Program-made: the position numbers and the translations under genes
The notes under the pieces: generated by a model
The model's database searches: none
The model's input: the letters and a program-made list of their open reading frames with translations, nothing else
Told to the model about the DNA's origin: nothing
Part shown: positions 25,561 to 40,004 of the stretch, one piece after another
How positions within the stretch are numbered: the stretch's first letter is position 1
Layout of the letters: the number at the start of each line of letters is the position of its first letter
From: the human T2T-CHM13v2.0 reference genome, Homo sapiens
DNA length: 64,000 nucleotides
NCBI RefSeq assembly: GCF_009914755.1
Contig: NC_060928.1
Strand: one strand, 5' to 3'

Positions 25561-27609
25561 AAAATTTGCTTAAAATGTGAGCCAAAAATAAAAGTGGTCT
25601 ACCCAACTAAATAAGAAGGCAAATATATGTTCTGTATCTTTTGCATGTTCCCGTGATCCTAATGGTGAAGAGAAGGAATATGTGCCAGTGACTATTAGTT
25701 AATTATTTGGAACTTGTCAAAAAATCCCAGAATAAAAAAATGATTAAACAGGTGGAGAACTAAAGCCTATCTGGAGGTTATTGTTTGGTTTATTTCCCAA
25801 AATGTTATGTTTAATAAATGTTGGCAGATGGAGAAATGAAATAAAAGAGAAGTGAGCTGCTCCCATAGTACATATATGTATTTATTATTATTTTAAAGAG
25901 TACCTGTTCATATATTCCGGTGTGGAAAGCATGTGCTAGATAAGAGAGAAGGCATACACACTCCAGCGATTATATATGCATGAGCCAAATATCAATTCAC
26001 TATAACTTATAGTAAAAGAGCTCTGTAATTAGAAACAGATGAGAAAGGTGCTAAACTGTTTTAGGACTAATTCTTAGGTTCACTGAACTGAAAAGAAAAA
26101 TACCATTTCAAACTAACAAATCTCTGCATTTTAAAAATAAAGCTTTGCTTTTTGATATGAATTATGTATTGCCTGAAGGACTTGATTTGGTATGTTATGC
26201 ATTTGCTCCTTCCAGACATTTCCATAAGACCTTATCCAAATGAAAGATGGTAGGCTTTGCAAAGAAAAAAGTGAATAAGAAATAATCCACTAAATATTTC
26301 ACAAGAGAAAGAGAAGTCTTCCTCTTGTATATTAATTATGGGAAAGCACATGTTATATTTTGAACTTTGAGCATTTTATCAACTAAGACTGAAATGTTTT
26401 TATTTAATAATTTGTATAAGTGTAACTAGGCATCAGAAATATCTATAACATTCATTGGACTCTAGCGAAAAAAAGAGGACTATCTATAACACACTTAATG
26501 TAAGAACTCTTTTCTGTCAGCAACAAATGACTGAAATAAAAACAATGATGACAGTAAATCAGAGTTTTTTAATTAATCACATAGACAGTTGTGTTTTTAA
26601 GTGTTTTAGTATTCAATTTAATTTTATTTATTATAATATAAATTATTTGGAGTTTCTAATAAATCCAATAACTATACAGGACAAAATCATAAATGTGTAT
26701 ATTTTAGATAAGTTATAGTTATATTTTAAATTCATAATATATTTAAAATTTCCCTGAAAGATCCTTTTTCATATCCTCTTTTTTCCCCATCCTGTTCCTT
26801 CTGCCTGCAGAAATCATTAATGTATACATTAGGTGGAAGAAATATCTTTGATTAAGTTAAAGAAAGTATATGTGTCTTATGTCATCTATCCTAAATATTC
26901 ATGCATGTCTTGTTTTCTGGTAATTTTTAGAAGTATTGCTTTTTTACAAAATTTGGAACATTATTAGAACTGACTGGCTAGACTTCATAGCTGATAAATG
27001 ACTATGTCATTTAGAAGCATACAGAGAAATAAATCAAATGATATATTCTGTTTGTCAATAGATTTGAACATGATATACAGGAAAAGGGCTCTGGCTCTCT
27101 ACCTTTGCAATGGACAAGATTCTCCCTTCTTACCTATGTGCTGCAGGCTCCAATTCAGGAAAAAAGATCCTATTTCCATCTCTGAAAGGTTAACTACCAC
27201 CTTTCAATGAGAAACGTGCCTCTGTCAAGAGAGTGCCAAGGAATGGCCTGAGTGCTGGTATCCACAGCTGTAGGGGGTTATGCAGAACCAGAAAAGACTG
27301 ACCGGAGGGAGACTCTGAATGTAAATGGTCAGATTGTGTCTAGAAAATTCTATAGTTAGGTTGATTTTTTTGTTTTGGTTATGTTTAGAGAGTGTCCAGT
27401 GGTATTTACCAGTCAGCTACAATTCAGAGTTTACCGAGATGGCAATACCCAAAGCTCTGAAATGCCAAATCACTGGAATAGTGGGAATTTTGGAATATAT
27501 TGCCTATACCCATCAAACAATAATGTCCTCTAGTCAACTGACCCACCTGTGGTCAAAATATTCATAAGTATGAGATGATATTTATCTCATTTATTATCTA
27601 AGTAGAATT

Positions 27610-27756
27610 TCACCATATAAAATGTCATTGGTGTGGATGTTGATAATGGAAGAGACTATGCGTGTGTGAGGGCAGCTGGTGCAGGGGAATCTGTATCTTT
27701 GACTCAATTTCCTCTGAACATAAACTGCTCTGAAAATATAAATGTATTAAAAAAGA
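27610..27756 (+). mobile_element. L1MC/MD 3' terminal fragment
   Basis: ggatgttgataatggaagagactatgcgtgtgtg...taaactgctctgaaaa. Confidence 0.7.
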
Positions 27757-29149
27757 TAATTTCCCTCTGGTATCTTCAGTTGTTGTAATAAATGAACTCA
27801 AAAGTTATGATTATTCATATTATTCATCTAAATCCTTGCAAAAATGCTATTCTGTTTATTGTACGCCCTAAGATTCATATGCATGCATGTATATATGTGT
27901 ATGCATGTGCATGTTCATGCACGTGTCTAGAAAAACTTCCCATTTCAAAAAAAATATTTAAGATCCCAAAGAAAAAGCCATTGAGAGGTAGCATGATGTA
28001 ACTGCTACATTTGAAGTACTGGAAAAAATAGAATTTGGTTGAATTCCAGGTCTGCCTTTTGCTGATAACATAACCTTGAGGATATCTCTTAGCCTAAGCT
28101 GTACTTCACTGTAATGAAACCTGAGAATAACATGTGCCTCATGGAGCTGTCGTAAGGAATCAGTTGATTAATGTATATAAACTGCTTGTGTTCTGTTGCT
28201 GCTTCTTTTACCATTTCATCTCCCCTAAAGTTTTTTTCATAGTTCTTACATCCTTCTCATTTCTTCAAAGTGAGAATTCTACGCTCCAGCAATAGCAGAG
28301 ATAGATGACACAAATGACATTCGTAAGCATTTCTTAAAAGGCCATTATGGGACCTATGTGTATGAGGGTGGGGGATGAGGAAAGGGATTTGGTGTAGAAG
28401 TGGGTTTGTATTGTATTTTCTATAGTGTTTGATTCTTTTTCTAAGAACAAGCATGCAACATATATTATTTGAGTAATTTTGAATAGATTCACATTTAGGG
28501 TAAAAATAAGATTTATTAAAATTACTTAAACTATCCTTTGAACAACTTGTAATAGAAATAAGATCACTAACAGAAAACATTATGAAATTTTCGAACTAAG
28601 TATTGAATTGTGCTTTGCTTTCCTGATAAGTTATGTATACATATTATACAAATGTAACTAAATTATGTTTGCAGTCTTCCTTATTCAGTTAAGATAATCA
28701 AAATATCTGCTGAGGCTAGTTTCGGTTCTGTGTTCCTTATTACTTACACATACTTTTGTGATTTGTTCATTGAGCAAATAACAGGTCTAGGGAAGGTCTT
28801 TATTAGGAAACAATGAAATGGCAAAACAATGAAATGAAACAGCGAAGTGGGAACTTGAAAAGTCATTTAAATTATCAGATATAAGTGAGTTCTTGTGGTA
28901 TAATAGGATTGCCAGGTTTACACTATTAGGAGAGAGAGATCTTTTACTATTAACTCCTAGGTAGTGTATTTTTTAAAAACCTTCATTGAATGTTCTTGCT
29001 TCTCCCCTGACAAGAGCACTAAGCAAGATAAAAATCATTCTTTTTTCTTGAAATCTTCTGAAAGGAGCATGCCTGCAAATAGCATACAAATAAACTGAGG
29101 AACAAATAAAAAATTAGATGTCTGTGACAACTAAACAACAAAAACCGAA

Positions 29150-29380
29150 ACACTAGTCATGCCTTTTGCGTACTTCCATTGAGTCAGATGCTATATTAAG
29201 TGCATTGCATAGCTTATTTTGAAAATAATATCACCTATAGAATGAAACTGCTTTTTTGGTATTATCCATTATTCATAAAGGAGGGAAATATAGCTTTGAG
29301 AAGTTTAGGCACATGCCTGAGGTTACATGACAAATAAGTGGCAAACCCAATACTAGAACCTAGGAGTGTCTGATGCCAAA
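29150..29380 (-). mobile_element. MIR
   Basis: tattatccattattcataaaggagggaaat...gcctgaggttaca...taagtggcaaacc...tgtctgatgccaaa. Confidence 0.65.
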
Positions 29381-29763
29381 ATAAATAAATAAATAAATTT
29401 CCTAAATAATATAAATGTCATGTTTGAATTGATCCTGATGATTAAAAAAAAAGCTATAGAAAATCATTCCCTTGAACCAATAAATTACCAGAAATTTTCA
29501 ATAAAAAATAGAACATAGATTATAGAACAAGGTTAAATAAATAGGAAATAGAATTAGATGCCAAAACCTTGGGTTATTTCACATTTAGGTTATATATTTT
29601 TAAATTATAATTAGTTGACAGTTAAATATTTAAACAAATATTGCAACAGTTATATAGAGCAGTCAATTTATTTTCAATATCATTGTACATCAGTAAATAT
29701 TTAGCTTTTAATTTTTATTTGGATAAACTGTCAGACTGACAGCTGTCTACCTTACTTAAGTAT

Positions 29764-31353
29764 TGCTGACAGTAGCGGCCCATCTAGAGAGGCCACTGAC
29801 ATGATGCCAGCTGCAATGGGGAAGACACCTCTGGGGCTGGCTGCCCACTCCACAGAGCTAGTGGGAGACCCACTCCCTTCTGAGTCAGCAGGGTGGGAAC
29901 TTTGAGCTCCCCAGGTGCAGCTGCAGCTGCAAACTCAGGCATCCCTGTGCTCTTTAGGGCTGGCAGCAGGCAGGAGCGCCACCTTCCTGGGCACAGCTGC
30001 AGCCACCCAAGCCCTGGCTGGGGACCTGGGCATCTCTGCATTCTTGGGGGCCCAAGAAGGTCCCTTGCCCCCGCAGGCTCGGAGGTGTCTGCACTCGCTG
30101 CTGACCTCTCCCTACTCCCAGAGTCCACTCTGATCTCGGAGCAAGGTTGGGACAGAGCTCAGGCACTGTCACCACCCGGCTGGGTATGTGCATGCTTGGG
30201 GCAGGGCTGACATGCCAGCAGCCCCTTGCTGCTTGCCCCCATCCAGACTTTGGGCACTGACAAGCATGGGAGGGAAGCTGAGGGGGAGATGAGGGCAACT
30301 CGGTGCTGGCCTGCAGGCACCCCGTGACATGAACAGCCTGGGTACCATGAAGGGTGGGAGGAGGCAGACAGGCGCCTAGGCAGAAGTGGGCGGGTCCTCA
30401 GTGAAGCCCCACCTTCAGGCTGGGAGGGCCTGAAGCCTGGGGTTCAGGCTGCGGATTGCACGACCAGAGTGGAAGCTTATGGTGCTTTTTCCAGGCCCGC
30501 CCATGGCTGCCCATGGACCAATTGGCATGTGCTTCCTTCCCTCTGAGGCCCATAGAAGCCCTGGACTCAATCTGACTCAAGGAGATGATGGGACTACAAG
30601 CTGCGGAAAGGAGCTACCCACTCCAAGGTCTCTGCTGAGAGCTGAACACTCATCAAGACACCCTGCCTGCAGGGAGGAGTTACCCAATGCAGGTCTCCTC
30701 TGAGCTGTTCCATTGCTCAATAAAACTCCTCTTTGCCTTGCTCACCCTCCACTTGTCCGTCTACCTCATTCTTCCTGGACACAGGACAAGAACTCGGGAC
30801 CTGCAAAAGGGCTGTAACACAAACAGGGCTGAAACACATCCCTTGCTCGCCATATTGTAGGTGACAAGAAGGAGAGACAAGAGAAGGAGAGAAGAGCTGC
30901 AGCCCTTCTGGGAGCCCAGGCCTAGGAGATCCCTGAGCCAGGGCTATGACACCCTCTTTGGGGCTCTATGGTTCCTGGTGTCTCCAAGCTTCCGGATGCC
31001 ACTGCATTCCTCAGTGCCAGCCGTGGAAGCTGCTGTGGTACATTTGGTCCAGCCACAGCCTTGCAGGGAGCTGGCTCCCATGCTGGTGCCTATAGCTCCC
31101 CGCCCCACCACAGCCAGCTTGCCTGGCCATGCACAGTGGCCAGACCTCATGCTCACTCATGCACCCTTCGCCACTCCGCACCTGGCCCGCCCTTGGCAGG
31201 TATGGGATTCAGGGATCCAGCCCCAGCCGATTGCAGCCTGCCAGGCCGAGTGGGTGGAATGAGACCTGTGGGCCCAAGCAAAACTCAGGCAAAGGCACCA
31301 CTGGCCACATAGGTTTCCAGCTGGTGAAGTGACACCCTGAGAATCCCATGACA
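29764..31353 (+). mobile_element. MER52A-type solo LTR (ERV1)
   Basis: 1.6-kb GC-rich block TG...CA with gcagctgcagc motifs and ctcaataaaactcct poly(A) signal; 4-bp TSD gtat/ttat. Confidence 0.85.
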
Positions 31354-33059
31354 TTATCATACACTCTTCTTAAAAACTGAACCCGAGGGAAAAAATGATA
31401 CCCTTGAACGGTGAGGCATAATGAAAGTTTATTTAATGATTCTTGTATTTATTACTACTGCTTTACTGCCTGTAGCAGGTATCACAATGTACCGATTTAT
31501 TAGGCTGTAGTTAGAAAACAATTGCTTCTTTACACATTATAAATGTAACCTGGCATTATATTTAAGCTAAGAACATGCATGTTTTTAATACTCGAATTTC
31601 AACTCAAGAGAAAAAAAAGTTCTATGTTACACTAGTGTGATGGATTTTTTAATTACTAAATGCTAATATTAAGGGTAATTTGAGGTAAAACAAAAAATAA
31701 AAAGTTCATGTAGTAATCAAAGCATCTACTCTAGGTTGTTAAAAATAAAAATATCTTGGTAATTATTTTATTATTCTTTAACACTAAAGAGGTTTACCTC
31801 AGGTTTTTAAATAAAACCTTCAACAGAAATATTAGCAATGTGAGTATCAGAGCACTGGCAAAGAAAAAAGCAAAAGCCGATGGCATTTTTCAGACCATAT
31901 TACCAGTAGCTATGTTACTGTATAAATTATATGATAACATATTTTGCTATTAATGTCCCAAATACAAATACATGTTTGCATATATAAATGCAGGCCCATA
32001 GAGATATGAAAGGAAAGATAAAGTGTTTTTACTGTAAGATTTTATAGTAAGTATGCAAATAATGATTTCATGCCATGAAACATAACTAATGTACGAAGAA
32101 ATCAGGCAGAAATGCAAAAGAAAAAAATGTCTGGGTGAATTCTACAAAAGTCAACAGAAATAATAAAAAACCCTAACATTTGAATATTGGCGACAGCAGG
32201 TAAAAATATGAATTGCTGAGGATAAGAGGCATCATATCTGAGGTCACATAATCAAGAGTTCAGAACTAGTGGAAGGTATGGTTGGAGTCCAAAGAATCTG
32301 GGAACTAGCAAGGGAAAGAGAGTAGTAATCCTAGAGGCAAATCCTTAAGAAACAAACCCTTAGCTACACCACTGTAGACCAGCATGGAGTTCACGTGGGT
32401 AGAGGTGACTTCAAACACTCGAGTCAAAAGAGGATAGACACAATTAGAACCTGGTGGGGTGGAAGGTGGGAGTGAACGAGGTGGGTGGGTGGCTGGCTGG
32501 GTGAAAGGAAAAAAATCACTTCTAGTTGCAGTGCTTCCTGCATGGTGGGTGTAATCTGAGTTGCTGCTTGAAAGGCCACTTTAGAGGGAAATAGCACAGA
32601 GCACAGCCAGCAGATCAAGGAGTGGCCAGGGCAAGGATAGCAATGTGCTATCTGTACATGTGTCAGAATAATACTGTTGTCTGGTTAAGGCTTAGCATGT
32701 ACTGTAAGGGATTTTGGACTCTAAGGCTAAAATTGTGGCTTGTAACTAACTTGTACGAAGATTCTTTCTACAAATATCTCTTCAAATGTATTGTTAATAA
32801 GTGTGTAATTTAACGGAGTGCAATGCTGGAGGTTACAGACAAACTAATTTGGTAATGGTATTGAATCAGTGGCTCTGTCATTTTACTCAAATTACATTAG
32901 GCAGCTAAAATTGGATACACACATTTTCTCTTCAAATTGACACTTTAGCAAAGCCCAGAATTAGACATTACTTAGTGTCATGACTTGAATCGTTTACTAT
33001 AACTTTTTCTTACATTTTGAAAATGATTTATTATATATTCTTAACTTTTCTTACAGATT

Positions 33060-33240
33060 CAGAGACATTGGAGAAATTAGAGAGACTTATCTATTTCAGA
33101 TCACTAATTTTACATGTAAAAAGAGTGGATTTATCAGAGAGAAAATGAAGTGAACTGCCAAAGTAACAGAACTAACTAATAAAAGAGGCAAGAAACTAAC
33201 CAAAGAAACAGGTCTCCAGAATTCCAGTCCTACACTCTCT
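33060..33240 (-). mobile_element. MIR3/MIRc-like fragment
   Basis: ttttacatgtaaaaagagtgga...caggtctccagaattccagtcc. Confidence 0.5.
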
Positions 33241-34495
33241 TTGCATGGATATTAGGAGAAAATAAAGCAATGATGAATGAATCTGCAGTTCATTGCTTTA
33301 GACAAGCTTTGGACAAATATATGTTTGAGGAAAGGAATGAAAAACAGGGAACAGGCAGTGAGTGTGATGCTATGATGTATATCTTGCTTATGCTTTGAGT
33401 TTCAAAATCTAACCAGGTTCTGAATTATTTTCCTTTTGAAACAAGTGACTAAAATGGCAGTCAATTTGTTTTCTAAGATTGCTTATTTATGTCCCTTGAC
33501 CAGAAATTTTGAATCCAAGATCCAAGGCCCAGATTGTGCCAATAGCTTCTTTTGGGTCTTGACCCTGGGAGAATTGATGAGGCACTGCTGACTTCACAGT
33601 GTTGGCCACAGTCTTCAGTTTGATGGGCCCATGTGGGTGGTTAGGGAGAATTTATTTTCTATAAACTATTCACCCTATTTGGATGTACCAGCTGATTTTG
33701 GAAAGCCATCTCCAACCCCTTGGAATCTCAAATTCTTCATATATAGCTATCTCAAGAACCTCTTCATTAACAAGAGGGCTAATTCACATAAAAAGTTTTG
33801 CAAATAGGAAAAAAAACCTATAAAGATGTATTTTTATTTAACATTTTATATAGTCCTAATTATTGTTAGTGTCTTATTGTGTTTTTAACATCATAAAACA
33901 TGAAAAATATATGTTTTACCTATTAAACATACTTCTAATAATTAATAAACTTATGTAAGGATTCCATGAGGAATTTAAAATATTTATCATAAAAATATAG
34001 AATTTGTTTTGAGAACTTTAAAGCTGATTGACATGAACAAATATTTATCTTTTAAATGGACTCTAATAAAGTTAAAATATATTTAATCCACACCTCCAGT
34101 AAGGCACCTTGCCAGGCACTGTGGCATTATCAAGAGAAGGAAACGTAGTACATTTCTTCAAGAAGCACTTGAAGACAGAAAGATCAGTGCATAATGGTGC
34201 AAAGGGCTGTGCCCAAGCTACCTTCGGTATACTTGGGAGAACAAGCAAGAAGTACATATTTTCATAAAGTAATCTAATGGATTGTAGCATTTAAGATAAT
34301 GTCTAAAGACTTCTAAAGAAAATGAGGAACTCTGTGAGACTAGAAAAGCATTAATTCTTTAATGTAGCTGATAAACCAAAGACCTCTTTCCTACCTTATG
34401 TATTCCCTCACAATGAATTCCTAATCAGCCTATTCCTAGTAATGCTTGTGTGGTACATATTTTCTTTTTTGCCAGTCACACACTGCTCCCAGTTG

Positions 34496-34559
34496 AGCTA
34501 CTTGCTTGTCATAGCACAACTTAAATACAATTAAGCTAGTTGCTTGTCATAGCACAACT
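34496..34559 (+). repeat. 26-bp direct duplication with 12-bp spacer
   Basis: agcta(c/g)ttgcttgtcatagcacaact at 34496-34521 and 34534-34559. Confidence 0.9.
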
Positions 34560-35899
34560 AGTTCAGGTCTAACTAGTATATTGCTTAGCACCGTTATTTT
34601 AGACAGATTTTAGCAAAAGGGTGTTATGCCTGTAAATGCATTATTGTGCTTAAATTAGATTCTCCTTTCAGCAAATCAATGGGATAGATTTTGTGGCAAA
34701 ACTTCTTTTCCGCTCTCTGCCATAAAATTGTTTAAGATGAAATATTATTTAATAGGTGTTCCTGTAGAACAGTTGGCAATTGACATAAAGCAGCAACACT
34801 AACCTGGTATATACGCTCTCTGTGTTGTAAAGGTTCAGTATTTTTTCAAATTACATTTGACTTGGGCTCAAATGTGATACATTATTCAGGTGGTATAACC
34901 ACCCAGTGTAGAGTACGAAGATAATTCGTTTAGAGTATTTGAAAAGTTGCCTCTGTAAAAATTATTTCTTTTTCAGGAAGTTCTTGCTTTCTTTAGCTGT
35001 AACATGGAAAATGTGGGAGGTGAAGATGCCCAAAATGATTCATTTGTTTGGCAGAAGAAATAATGACCTCACAATCTGTGCTCTTTGAAAATGATTATGC
35101 CACCTTTTTTTTTCTAAAATAAACTTATCTGCAAGAAGATAATTGAAATACTTTGTAGCTATATTTTGATTGGCCCACCACAAGACACTCATCTGTTAAA
35201 AGTAAAAGATGCATTTGTGTAACTGTTTTGATATTTTGCCAGTGGGAGGTACAGTTATAAACCCCTGCTGCACTATAGCGGAATCAAAAGACCCCATAGC
35301 ATCATCAACAAGATCTTAATTTCTGCCTACATTGCCACCAAACAAAGAAAAAGGAAAGAGAAGAAAATCCAGGAAGGACTTAGAAATGAATAAAAGGAAT
35401 TTAATTTCCTACTTGCAAATGTTGAAAGAGTATTAAACGTATCAATCAAAGCCAGGAATCTGGCATAGAATGCGCCTTTATTCTGTAGACTACTTATCAC
35501 CCAGATAATAGGGTGATTGCTATGTTTTTACACTTGTTACCATCAGAAACATAGCAGTTCTTTTTGATGATAGTGATTTTTTTTTAAAAACCATGCATGT
35601 GTTTTGCCAGTGTGCCAAGAGCTCAGAAACAAGACTTCTGGCCAAACTTAATAGCTAGTTTAAGGTCTTTGGCAAGGATATTTCATGTAGGTTTTAAAAC
35701 TTCAGACATTTTCTATAACTTAATCTGTCTGATATACTATGAGAGACTAACTATCCAATCAGAAAATGTAATTTATTTCAATCTCCTACGATGTGGTTGG
35801 TACTATCAACACAGAGGAAAAAATCTACAAGTATAAAGGAAAGATAAAATGGGAAAACAATTGGAAGCAAAGCAAAAAGTGAGATGAGCTCCAGGGTGT

Positions 35900-36870
35900 G
35901 AGGAGCTCAAACTGGGAGAAATAAAGAAAGGCAAAATACGAGTTAATATCTTAGGATTAAACCTGAACCAATAAGTCAAACACATTTTAGATCTGCTGCT
36001 CATATGCTAATGGAACCTTCACTGAACTTTGAAATGTATGCAGGATTACTTCAAAATTCCAAGTTTTTGGTAGAAATTCAGACAATAGATTTGAGTCTTC
36101 AGAAATAGATGAAATGGAAAGCCATGGACACAAAAAACTGTATAGAAAGAGTTTAGCTAGAAGAGAGATTCAACACTGAGCCCTGGGCTTCTCTGAAATA
36201 TAGAAAAGTTGAGGAGGATGGAGAGGATCTAGCAAAATAAAACAAGAAGATGAAGCCAATAATAGAATAAAAGTTAAAAAAGAGTAATATGCTAAAGGAT
36301 ATATAAATACAAGATTTAAAAAATTAAATGTAATACACTCTGTTAAACGCTGCTTGACATATAGAGTGAAGAGATTGAAAATGACCATTGGATGTGGCAA
36401 TAGAATAACAGATGACTTGGATAAGAGAAGTATCCATGGATGGTAAGTCTTATGGCCTTTGGCTAGAGAACAGAAAAAATACATAATAAAATAGGAAACA
36501 CTGATAACTCTTTCAAGGTATTTCATTGTAAAGAGAAAATAAAATTAGGCAATGCCTGGAGCATTCTATGGTTATGGGATGATATTTAAGATGGAGATAT
36601 AGCATGCCTGAATAGAGATGAGAATGAGCTAATTAAGGGCAAAAACTGTGGGAGAGAGTGTCTGAAAACTAGGCAAATATAATAACATTGAATGTGGCAC
36701 TCTAGGACCCCTGGAGATTAGCAGCCGTACATTTTAAATGTAGGTCAATCAGCAGGGTCATGTGCATTTTTTTTTTTGGCAGAAGAAATGATGACCTCAC
36801 AGTCTGTAAGGTCACAGATTGTGAACCTCTAGTCTGCAGTCAACATTGGTGAATGGTTGTGTGGAATCAT
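35900..36870 (-). mobile_element. L2 fragment
   Basis: actgagccctggg...gaagagattgaaaatgaccattggatgtggcaa...gataactctttcaaggtatttcattgtaaag. Confidence 0.7.
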
Positions 36871-37271
36871 GGGTTTGCAGATTTGTTTTCCTCCTGTCCT
36901 ATTGACTCAACACTCTACAAAATAGTCTCAGTGAGAAACAGTTTATAAAAATTTCATTTTTCATTGTTTAATAGAATTTCCTGAAGATTATAAAAGAGCA
37001 AGATTATATATTTATATATTAGCAGGCTTTTATATACAATTACATATAATTTTATTTACATTTATATTTATATATGAAGCCAAAAGTCACCAAGATTTTG
37101 CTGGCAACAGTCTCAGTCTCCATGACTTTAGAGGCTACGACTATGAAGAAGATAATTTCCAAATATTTGAGAAGTTGCTGACTTATCTAGATGATTGCAT
37201 TTATAAACTCAATACTCTTGCTTGAGTATTAGATAAACGAGATTTCAATACGTTTTTCAGAGATGATTTAA

Positions 37272-37650
<379 letters not shown>

Positions 37651-38491
37651 AAAAATCTTTATTTTTTCTACTGTGAACTTTCGCGTTTGTATGAGGTACT
37701 TATTTCAATCTTTCCCCATTTTAGAAGCAAGGGAAATCCCTATGACTATACCTAACTACTCCCTCTGTCTCTCTCCTTTCTGTATTCATGGCAGATAGAG
37801 ATTACTTACACTTACACTCATACGCATAATGAATACCACAGCCAAATGATTCAGTGCTTTCCCTCAGTTCAAATCCCCTAAAATACCACATTCTGTCACC
37901 TCCTACTTTTCATCACCTCCTACCCTCTCCAGAATGCTTGGCCATCTGGGGCTTCCAGCCCATACGGAACACAACAGCCCATTATATTCAGGATGCTGCT
38001 TTCTGAAGGAATGTTTTGTTTTATAATCCTGTCATCATTTGCATTTTCTTTGTGGTTGAATTTTTCATATATTACAGATATTTGGCTCTCAATTTATGGC
38101 ATTATTTAAATACAGAATTTGGGATAATTTGTTATTAATAAAAATACAGAAATCCCAAGGTTTCAGATAAATGCGAATGTTTGAAGAAGAAATAGACTAC
38201 CAGCAAAATATAACTCGTTTGAATCGTGGCTAAGCAGGTAGTAAGTGCAATAGGAACATCCGTTTACAAAAGGTCAGGATATCTTATTGAACCTTATGTA
38301 AATTCGTGCTGCTCCTCTTTGAGAGATTAATTTAAAGATGCCACCTATTCATTCAGGTTTTCATTTTTGATGAGCTGCCACTTGTCTCTATTATTCTTGG
38401 GAATTCTTGTATTTTAAGTTATGAATAGGTAATAAACACACATTTGAAACATCAAAAAGTATTAAAATGTGCACAGTGAAAATTTTCCTTC

Positions 38492-38840
38492 TGCTATGGA
38501 TTCAATGTTTGTGTCCCCCAACTAATTCATATGTTGAGATACTGATTCCCAATGTGATGATTGGAGCTGGGGCCTTAGGGTAATAAGTGGATTTGAATGA
38601 GATCATGGAGGGGAACCCTCCTGATGGGATCAGTGCCCTTTTATGAAGATAATGTGAAGCTCTCTTTCTCTCCGTCACGTGAAGATACGATGAGAAGATG
38701 GTTGTCTACAAAACAGGAAGAAAGCCCTCACCAAATACAGAATCTTCTGGCACCTTGATTTTTGACTTTCAGCATCCAAAACTGTGAGAAATAAGCCACT
38801 TAGTTTATTGTATTCTGTTATAGCAACATAAACTAAGATA
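38492..38840 (+). mobile_element. MLT1A-type solo LTR
   Basis: tgctatggattcaatgtttgtgtcccc...aactaagata; perfect 5-bp TSD CCTTC. Confidence 0.9.
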
Positions 38841-39652
38841 CCTTCCCACACAATCTGCTTAGCACCTCCAACCAACACGTTAACTATTTTACTAGTTTGT
38901 TTGTTTTTACAGTCAGCGATTTTTTTCTGTGTGTATAAGCTAGTACAGATATATATCCTGTCTTCTCCTTCCTTTTACACAAAAGGGTAGCATACTGCAT
39001 GCATTTTTCTGTTTTTTTGATCTGTTTTGTTTTTGTTTTTTACTTAACATATCTGGCACATTTTTTCCTATTAAGACAGAAACAGAATTTTATTCCTTTA
39101 CTTGTGACCAATTATCTCATTGTACAAAAGCATCATATGTCTCTTAACTAGCACTAACTTTTTGATGTTACAAATGATGCTGCAAAAAAAAAACTTGTGC
39201 ATAAGCTGTTTTGCATATGCCGTAGTGCATATGAACAAGAAACTCAAAGATTTGCTGTCACAAAGATGTATGCATATTAAATTTTATGGAGATTATAAAG
39301 TCACAATAATGTATGAGAATGCCAGCCCCTCCGCTGCCCCTATTGTGAGGACCTCCTTATTGCAAAACTGGAGTTATGTAGTGAACAGCCATTCGCAAAA
39401 TCTATGCTATGAATGAGTCCCCTGGAAGGGGGCAGTCAGTTGGTTCTGCCCACAACTTTACCAATATTAAGGTGCTAAGTTATTAAGCTTCTAGGTTTTT
39501 GTCTATCTGATAGATTAAAAGAAATATCATTGTAGTTTTGATTTGTGTTTCTCTTACAATGAGTGAGAATTTGCATCTCTTCTGTGCTTAAGGGCACACT
39601 TCCTTTTCTGTGATTGGTCTCTTATCTTTTGCCTGTTTTTTCTATTGGCTGT

Positions 39653-40004
39653 TGTATTAGTCCATTTTCATGCTGCTGATAATGACATACCTGAGACTGG
39701 GAAGAAAAAGAGGTTTAATTGGACTTACAATTCCACATGGCTGGGGATGCCTCAGAATCACGGCAGGAGGCAAAAGACACTTCTTACATGGCATCGGTAA
39801 GAGAAAATGGAGAAGATTCAAAGTGGAACCCCCTGATAAACCATCAGATCTCATGAGACCTATTCACTACCATGAGAAGAGTATGAGGAAAACTGCCCCC
39901 ATGATTCAAATTATCTCCCACCATGTCCCTCCCACAACATATGGGAATTATAGCATATAATTCAAGACGAGATTTGGGTGGGGACAGAGAGCTAAACAGT
40001 ATCA
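39653..40004 (-). mobile_element. THE1C solo LTR
   Basis: tgtattagtccattttcatgctgctgata...gagatttgggtggggacag; TSD gctgt/gcttt. Confidence 0.92.

Noticed and set aside
29784-31360. Cluster of 60-133 aa ORFs on both strands
   Set aside because: All lie within the GC-rich MER52A LTR, where stop codons are scarce; no recognisable protein motifs.
34496-34559. Repeat-spacer-repeat pattern superficially like CRISPR
   Set aside because: Only two units, 12-bp spacer, primate context, no cas genes.
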